In this document: positions 26,762-32,000 of the stretch, one piece after another
Position numbering within the stretch: position 1 is the stretch's first letter
How the letters are laid out: each line of letters opens with the position of its first letter
From: Trichlorobacter lovleyi SZ
Lineage (GTDB): Bacteria > Desulfobacterota > Desulfuromonadia > Geobacterales > Pseudopelobacteraceae
Assembly (NCBI RefSeq): GCF_000020385.1
Contig: NC_010814.1
Location: 2,550,001-2,582,000 of the forward strand
DNA: 32,000 nucleotides
Direction of reading: 5' to 3'
Translations under genes and position numbers: made by a program
Notes under the pieces: generated by a model
Seen by the model: only the letters and a program-made list of their open reading frames with translations
Databases searched by the model: none
Told to the model about the DNA's origin: nothing

Positions 26762-27551
26762 TTTCGTTACCGAAGCGGATGCCGATCAGGGCCGCCCCCA
26801 GCGCAGCAACAAACTGCCGCATCCCGTCAGCGGGCAGCCGGACCTGGCTGCCCAGTTTCTGCTGCAGCAGTTCAGCTGCGGTCGCAAAATGCAGCACTCC
26901 TCCCGCCAGCACCAGCTCATCCTGCCGACCGGCCTGCCGCAGGATCTGCAAGGCACGCTCAACACAGGCGATCAGCGCCCCCTGCATGATATCCTGCGGG
27001 AGGACCGCCTGCATCAACTGGCTGATGATCTCCGATTCGGCAAAGACGGCGCAGATTGATGAAATCGGTGCAGGGTGCAGCGACTGCCGTGCCAGCGCAT
27101 CAACCTGATCAAGCCCCACCCCCATGATCCGGGCGGTCCGTTCCAGAAAGGCGCCGGTACCGGACGCACATTTTTCATTCAGCCGAAAAGCCAGAATCCT
27201 GCCCCGCTCATCAAACCTGCAGGCCTTGATGGTCTGCCCGCCAAGATCCAGCACCGACCCTGCAGCGGGAAACAGCAGCCGTGCCCCATGGGTTGCGGCG
27301 GTCAGCTCGGTCACCGCCCGATGCCGCATTGAGGCCAGATGCCGGGCAAAGCCGGTGCTGACAACGACGGACAGGTCGTCCTGTGCCAGACCTGCGGCCT
27401 CCAGTGCGCCTGCCAGGCAGCGTGCAGCCGCCCGGTCAGGCTGAAAGCCGGTCTTTTCCAGGCTGCTGGCCAGCACCCGGTAGTCGCCATCAATGACAAC
27501 CGCCTTGGTACAGGCAGCCCCCAGATCAATGCCGGCAGCAAAGCGTGTCAT
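26751..27551 (-). CDS. BcrAD/BadFG-type ATPase subunit 2 (BcrD/BadG-like electron-activating subunit)
   Basis: Actin-fold ATPase with the two cluster-ligand contexts NEKCASGTGAFLE and SSICAVFAESE. The phosphate-1 loop is divergent (GIDLGAACTK). The ATGA start/stop overlap with the upstream gene is at 27548-27551. Confidence 0.85.
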   Translation of the reverse strand: MTRFAAGIDLGAACTKAVVIDGDYRVLASSLEKTGFQPDRAAARCLAGALEAAGLAQDDLSVVVSTGFARHLASMRHRAVTELTAATHGARLLFPAAGSVLDLGGQTIKACRFDERGRILAFRLNEKCASGTGAFLERTARIMGVGLDQVDALARQSLHPAPISSICAVFAESEIISQLMQAVLPQDIMQGALIACVERALQILRQAGRQDELVLAGGVLHFATAAELLQQKLGSQVRLPADGMRQFVAALGAALIGIRFGNEISF

Positions 27552-28366
27552 CCCTGTAGTTCCTGCCGACCGGCCAATAGCCGGTCACGGGCAAACAGGG
27601 CCGCCCCCAGGGCACCGGCAAAGGGGGTCTGCTCCCCCACCTGCAACCGGCATCCGAGCAGCTGTTCAAGCTGGTCAACCATGCAGCTGTTGCGGGAGAC
27701 ACCACCGGTAAAGGTGATGGCCAGTTGCAGCCCCACCCGCTTCAGCAGGGCCAGGGAGCGGTTGGCAATCGCCTGGTGGACCCCCAGCAGGATGTCGTTA
27801 ACCGGTTTGCCCCGAGCCACCCAGGCCAGGATCTCGGTCTCTGCAAAGACGGTACAGGTGGTACTGATGGTGACCGGATTAGCGCCGGTGGCGGCAACAG
27901 CGGCCAGCTCATCCAGCGGCATCTCCAGCACTGCGGCAGCGGCTGACAGAAACCGGCCGGTCCCGGCAGCGCATTTGTCATTCATGCAGAAATCGATCAC
28001 CCCGCCATCGGCGGCCACCCTGATCGCCTTGGTGTCCTGCCCCCCCATGTCAAGCACGGTCCCGGTGGCGGGAAAGAGATGGACCGCTCCGCGGGCATGG
28101 CAACTGATCTCGGTTACCTGCAAATCTCCGAAGGCTATCCTGAAACGGCCATAGCCGGTGCCGGCAACGTACGAGACGGCGTCAGCCCCCAGTCCCGCAG
28201 CTGTCAGCAGCCGTGCATAGACGGTGCGGGCGGCGGCATCGATATCAAAGCCGGTGTCGATCAGCGCGGTCCCGGCAATCCGGGCCGAGACATCCAGCAG
28301 CACCGCCTTGGTCTGGGTTGAACCGACATCAATCCCGGCGGTAAAGGGGGGATTGAAGCCGGTCAT
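27548..28366 (-). CDS. BcrAD/BadFG-type ATPase subunit 1 (BcrA/BadF- or HgdC-like)
   Basis: Motifs GIDVGSTQTKAV, DMGGQDTK, NDKCAAGTGRFL, STCTVFAETE and TGGVS.N. The 4-nt overlap with the upstream gene is at 28363-28366. Confidence 0.85.
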   Translation of the reverse strand: MTGFNPPFTAGIDVGSTQTKAVLLDVSARIAGTALIDTGFDIDAAARTVYARLLTAAGLGADAVSYVAGTGYGRFRIAFGDLQVTEISCHARGAVHLFPATGTVLDMGGQDTKAIRVAADGGVIDFCMNDKCAAGTGRFLSAAAAVLEMPLDELAAVAATGANPVTISTTCTVFAETEILAWVARGKPVNDILLGVHQAIANRSLALLKRVGLQLAITFTGGVSRNSCMVDQLEQLLGCRLQVGEQTPFAGALGAALFARDRLLAGRQELQG

Positions 28367-29640
28367 GGCGCACCGGCCTGCCTGCGCAGACGCAGGGTTT
28401 CAAAAAATGCATCAATCCGGTTCTGCATCTGGGCCGGTGAGATCAGACGGCGGTCCATCATGTCTGATTCAAGCAGCAGGGTCGGTACGGAAGAGCGGGA
28501 CAGCAGGGCCAGCCGGGCATCGGCCAGCCCGGTTGAAACGGTGCGGCAGCTCTTGACCCCGTGGAAGACCACCCCATCGGCTTTGCAGGCGGCCTGAGCC
28601 TCAAAGAGGCGGTCTCCGGCCAGAAACATACTGTCCATCGCCTCACGGGTGGTCAACAGCAGCCCTTCGGCAAAACTCTCCACCGGCCGCCCCGTATCGA
28701 ACCGGTACTCAAGGTTTGCGCCGCCTGAGGCGAACTGCAGGTAGGTTGAGCGGACAAACAGACCGCCCTGGGTGCTGAACATCCTGATGAAGCTGCTGTA
28801 GAGCGGGTAGCAGGGCAGCCCGGCAAACAGCAGCCGGAAAGGGGCTTCAGCGGGCGGTTCCCGCAGGCAGCGCTGCCTGATCTGCAGCAACTCCTCCAGT
28901 GCATTCCTGAAATAGCGCACCCCGGCCTCGCTTCCCCGATAGGCATTGAAGACCCCCAGATAGGCGCCCCCCTGCCGCACCGCATCAAAACAGGCCGGTT
29001 CCTGCCGGTTCATTGCCAGCATCTGCCGGAAGGCATCTCCCATCCGGTTGGTGCAGTCCAGGGCATGGCTGAGACGGTCAGGATCTAGGCGTCTGCCGCT
29101 AATCCGTTCGCACAGGCTGATCAGGCTGCGGACCTGCTCCATCACATAGGCCAGGTCTGCGGCAAAGCCCGGATCACCGGGCCAGGATGGCCGGGCAGGA
29201 TTGCGGGAACCGGGAATATCAAACACAAACAGCGGCATGTCGTAGAGCCGCTGCCAGATCTCGGCCCATTTGATATAGGTATTGCAGGCCGTGCTGGCAA
29301 TGGCCAGACAGGGAGCGGGCAGACGTTTATGCGGCAACCGTCGCCCCTGCAGATGCAGGCCGACATCCGCCTTGAGATAGTTGCAGATGTCGGAGGGGTA
29401 GCCCTGCTCTTCGGCGTGCTGCAGCAGTCCCTGCGCGGTCCCGTTGACGGCGCTCTGCAGACAGTTGATCTCCGGCAGGAACAGCGGTATCTCAAAGGCT
29501 GCCAGCAGTTCGGCACAGCTTCCCATCACAAAGGCGTAGGCTGCCGTGCGCTGCTGTTGGGCAAGCAGGTCCAGCCGCTCTGACCAGTCCTCCAGCAGCG
29601 AAGTTGCCTCAATCTTTGCCCGCACGGCCGGAAAGGTCAT
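28363..29640 (-). CDS. 2-hydroxyacyl-CoA dehydratase / benzoyl-CoA reductase B/C-family subunit (425 aa)
   Basis: Length, operon position and conserved Cys contexts (IASTACNTY, GLPCYP, GVKSCRT) are typical of HgdA/B- and BcrB/C-type FeS subunits. The 4-nt overlap with the upstream gene is at 29637-29640. Confidence 0.75.
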   Translation of the reverse strand: MTFPAVRAKIEATSLLEDWSERLDLLAQQQRTAAYAFVMGSCAELLAAFEIPLFLPEINCLQSAVNGTAQGLLQHAEEQGYPSDICNYLKADVGLHLQGRRLPHKRLPAPCLAIASTACNTYIKWAEIWQRLYDMPLFVFDIPGSRNPARPSWPGDPGFAADLAYVMEQVRSLISLCERISGRRLDPDRLSHALDCTNRMGDAFRQMLAMNRQEPACFDAVRQGGAYLGVFNAYRGSEAGVRYFRNALEELLQIRQRCLREPPAEAPFRLLFAGLPCYPLYSSFIRMFSTQGGLFVRSTYLQFASGGANLEYRFDTGRPVESFAEGLLLTTREAMDSMFLAGDRLFEAQAACKADGVVFHGVKSCRTVSTGLADARLALLSRSSVPTLLLESDMMDRRLISPAQMQNRIDAFFETLRLRRQAGAP

Positions 29641-30830
29641 GGCAGCTCCCCGGCATAAAGAATGTTTTCGCTGAAGGTCTCCACCTGCAGCTCCACCAGC
29701 TCAAAGGAGTTCATCCCCTGTTCAAACTCGCAGATACAGCTGGGTATGCCGGCCCCGGTCAGGGCGGCAACCGCCGGAACCAGCTCATCCAGTCCCGGCT
29801 CACACATCTTGGGGGCCGTGATGATCACCGCCTGGGCTCCCTGTTGTTTGACCTGCTTCAGCAGCAGGTCTGCCGTCTGCCTGTGGGGGTCGTGCTGCAC
29901 CGGACTGCGGGATAAGCCGGTGCAGTAAGCATGGGCCAGGGCAGCCAGCGGATCCCCCTGAACATCCACATCGCCGGTCAGCCAGCGTAGCCCGATCAAC
30001 AGGTCATCGCTAACCACATGGCAGCAGCGGGCAATCGCCTCCAGCATCCCCAGCGGCGGCTGTTCGCAAAAGCAGCCGCACAGCACCACCCTGATCTTGT
30101 CCTGCTGTTGGCGCTGCCGCATGGCCAGCAGGGGCAGCACCCGCTCCAGCAGACGGTTATGCTCTCCGGGCGGCAGCAGGCTCCCCACAGCGGTCAGCAG
30201 GTAGTATTCATCCAGCGCCAGCTTTCGGGGTTCACGGGATTTCAGGGCCTGCAGCTCACGCAGCAGCCTGCGATGACGGTTATAGACAGCGATTGAGCGC
30301 CGCACCGCCTCCAGCTCCAGCGGTCTGCCGGTCACCTCGCTCACCACGGCGGCAAGGCCGGCGTACTCCTGCCGCAGATAGTTCTCAGCAGCGGGAGCGG
30401 TACTGTTTTGCGGCAGGTAGAGCGTCCGGCAGGGGGTACTGAAATTGCGGGACCAGATGGCAGGCAGGTTACGGGCCGCATCACAGATGGAAGGGACAAT
30501 CAACAGATCCAGGCTGAGATCGCCCCCCTCCACCAGATTAAAGACCTGCTTGACCACTGAACAGAGGTAGGAACCGAAATGGGCGCCACCCGCCCCGCCG
30601 TTGCCGGTGGTACAGCCCAGCTTCACCGCCAGCATCCCGGCAGCATCGGCAATCTCTTCAGGCATGTAGACCTGAAAATGCCCCAGCACCCTGCCCCCCT
30701 GCTCCTGCCAGAGCCGGAGCGTGGGGAAGGTTGCATCGCAGAGCAGCTCCCGGCAGGCATCAAGGATCTCTTCCAGGGATGCATCGCAGGGCAGGCTCTG
30801 ACCGAAAAAGAGAGGGGCACGCAGGTCCAT
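29637..30830 (-). CDS. 2-hydroxyacyl-CoA dehydratase / benzoyl-CoA reductase B/C-family subunit (397 aa)
   Basis: N-terminal W.E.GG.V.G.F..Y.PEEI..AAGM block, then PSICDAARN, GCFCE and APKMCEPG Cys contexts typical of this family. First gene of the four-gene unit. No Shine-Dalgarno sequence is visible before ATG 30830. Confidence 0.75.
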   Translation of the reverse strand: MDLRAPLFFGQSLPCDASLEEILDACRELLCDATFPTLRLWQEQGGRVLGHFQVYMPEEIADAAGMLAVKLGCTTGNGGAGGAHFGSYLCSVVKQVFNLVEGGDLSLDLLIVPSICDAARNLPAIWSRNFSTPCRTLYLPQNSTAPAAENYLRQEYAGLAAVVSEVTGRPLELEAVRRSIAVYNRHRRLLRELQALKSREPRKLALDEYYLLTAVGSLLPPGEHNRLLERVLPLLAMRQRQQQDKIRVVLCGCFCEQPPLGMLEAIARCCHVVSDDLLIGLRWLTGDVDVQGDPLAALAHAYCTGLSRSPVQHDPHRQTADLLLKQVKQQGAQAVIITAPKMCEPGLDELVPAVAALTGAGIPSCICEFEQGMNSFELVELQVETFSENILYAGELP

Positions 30831-30867
30831 GGGCGAGCCATAGCACTCTTGAGCGGCAGGGTCAAAC

Positions 30868-30898
30868 AGAAACCTGCCGGTTGCACTTTCAGGTTTCT
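30868..30898. promoter_or_regulatory. Perfect 9-bp inverted repeat, AGAAACCTG-N13-CAGGTTTCT; candidate operator in the divergent promoter region
   Basis: The arms lie at 30868-30876 and 30890-30898. The repeat overlaps a predicted plus-strand promoter, TTGCAC (30881-30886)-16 nt-TATGAT (30903-30908). It abuts a predicted minus-strand promoter, TTGACC (30865-30860)-17 nt-TATGGC (30842-30837). Confidence 0.5.
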
Positions 30899-30958
30899 TT
30901 GCTATGATTCAAGCACCATTCAGGGCGTAGCACCCCACACTGTAAAGGAGAACACACC

Positions 30959-31195
30959 ATGGCCGCGACCGTAGATGAGATGAAAGAGCTGATGCTGCAG
31001 ATCGGGATGGACAAAGAACTGGTAGCCGGGCTTGACCCTGTTGCGCCGTTGGCAGGACAGGGGGTTGATTCAGTGGACTGCCCCGCCTTTGCGGTGGCAC
31101 TGGAAAACAGGTACAAGGTCAAGATATCCGACTCCGATTCCATGCAACTGAGGGCCATCAACGACTTTGTCGCCTTTGTGAACCGGACGGCATGA
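30959..31195 (+). CDS. Stand-alone acyl/aryl carrier protein (phosphopantetheine-binding)
   Basis: 78 aa with AAGGAG RBS. The attachment-site context is GQGVDSVDCPAFAVALE, inside a four-helix-sized acidic protein. Confidence 0.75.
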   Translation: MAATVDEMKELMLQIGMDKELVAGLDPVAPLAGQGVDSVDCPAFAVALENRYKVKISDSDSMQLRAINDFVAFVNRTA

Positions 31196-32000
31196 CCCTG
31201 CGACAGGAAGCGATCAGGCGACTGGCAGCGGACAGCCGTCCGCTGCCGGAGACCGAGCCGTTCTCGACACGACTGTATCAGCCGGAAGACGGCTACGGGG
31301 TAACACGGCTGTTCTATGCCGTATATGGCGACGGCTATCCGGTCGACACCTTCTACCTGCCGGAACAGCTGACCGAAGAAAACCGGGCCGGCCGGATCAG
31401 GAGTGTCGTGGCCCGGACTGAGGACGGCCAGGTGGTCTCGCACATCGCCTTGTACCGCAGCTCTGCCCCCAACCCGGACCTGTATGAGTACGGCCTGGGG
31501 CTCACCCTGCCCGCCTACCGTGCCAGCCTTGCCTTTGCCCGCTGCAACAGCCTGTTGCTGTCACTGGTGGAAGATGGCGTTGTAGACTCTTTTTTTGGCG
31601 AGGCGGTCTGCAACCACATCATCACCCAGAAGCTTACCAGACAGAGCGGTGCCATAGAGACTGCGCTTGAAGCGGCACTGATGCCGGCCCGTGCCTACGA
31701 GGCAGAGCAGAGCGCAGACGGCAGGGTCGGCTGCATCATGTCATTCAAGGTCTGCCGTGACCGGATCCGGCCCCTCTGCATTCCCTCCTGTTACCACCAG
31801 GAACTGACATTCGCCATGGAGGGACTGAAGCTTGGGCGTGAACTGATTCCTGACAACGGCCAGCTCTCAGACGAGGGCTCACAGTTTGACACCGTCCGGT
31901 TTGACCATGCCGGTGTTGCCCGTTGTACCATCACCGCCCCGGGCAGAGACCTTGTCCCGCGGCTGTTGTCACTTGAAACAGAACTCCGGCAGGCCGGGTA
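31192..32000 (+). CDS. GNAT-like acyltransferase-fold protein, N-terminal 269 codons; continues beyond the window
   Basis: Absent from the track because there is no stop in the window. The ATG at 31192 overlaps the carrier-protein stop as ATGA. Hand translation gives MTLRQEAIRRLAADSRPLPETEPFSTRLYQPEDGYGVTRLFYAVYGDGYPVDTFYLPEQLTEENRAGRIRSVVARTEDGQVVSHIALYRS..., open to base 32000. The fold assignment is a weak impression, not a motif match. Confidence 0.45.
   Translation, partial: MTLRQEAIRRLAADSRPLPETEPFSTRLYQPEDGYGVTRLFYAVYGDGYPVDTFYLPEQLTEENRAGRIRSVVARTEDGQVVSHIALYRSSAPNPDLYEYGLGLTLPAYRASLAFARCNSLLLSLVEDGVVDSFFGEAVCNHIITQKLTRQSGAIETALEAALMPARAYEAEQSADGRVGCIMSFKVCRDRIRPLCIPSCYHQELTFAMEGLKLGRELIPDNGQLSDEGSQFDTVRFDHAGVARCTITAPGRDLVPRLLSLETELRQAG

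Noticed and set aside
28321-28560. Apparent compensated frameshift. My base-by-base reading of the printed lines gives an extra g at 28321 and one c too few at 28560, relative to what the ORF track requires. This would disrupt the C-terminus of the 425-aa gene and the N-terminus of the 272-aa gene.
   Set aside because: Both discrepancies fall exactly on printed line boundaries and cancel each other. Several independent track ORFs (28079..28321 +, 28224..28556 +, 28458..28646 -, and both long genes) are self-consistent only without the shift. I treat it as a formatting or reading artefact, not biology. Small-motif coordinates inside this block may be off by 1.

Overview
GC-rich, densely coding chromosomal window. 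I call about 30 protein genes. I found no rRNA or tRNA gene, CRISPR array, transposase, integrase or recognisable defence gene. Gene content looks Geobacter/Desulfuromonadales-like, but that is inference only. From left to right: (1) A partial RND efflux pump and a UshA-type 5'-nucleotidase. (2) A minus-strand run of exported envelope-active proteins at 3.4-7.6 kb: a lipoprotein, a Cys-repeat protein, an NlpC/P60 peptidase, a calpain-type cysteine protease and an MliC-cupin fusion. (3) A yeast-Fcy1-type cytosine deaminase, an alpha/beta hydrolase and a NupC nucleoside transporter. (4) A lipoprotein, a D-2-hydroxyacid dehydrogenase, and a small CC-motif protein followed by CstA. (5) A minus-strand unit at 14.6-20.6 kb: opine-dehydrogenase family, MFS exporter, indolepyruvate/phenylpyruvate-decarboxylase-like ThDP enzyme, orphan solute-binding protein and GNAT. 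(6) A plus-strand operon at 20.8-26.8 kb: hybrid histidine kinase, coiled-coil porin, small lipoprotein, internally duplicated secreted protein and benzoate-CoA-ligase-family enzyme. (7) A convergent, translationally coupled four-gene module at 26.75-30.83 kb: two dehydratase/reductase-type subunits plus two different BcrAD/BadFG ATPases, in the architecture of class I benzoyl-CoA reductase. It is divergently paired with a stand-alone acyl carrier protein and an ATGA-coupled GNAT-like gene that runs off the window. Block (7) together with the ligase is my best candidate for an undescribed system; block (5) and the calpain/NlpC-P60 pair are next. All functional calls rest on motifs I can read in the translations. 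No database search was possible. Many long ORFs in the track are antisense shadow frames, and I rejected them.
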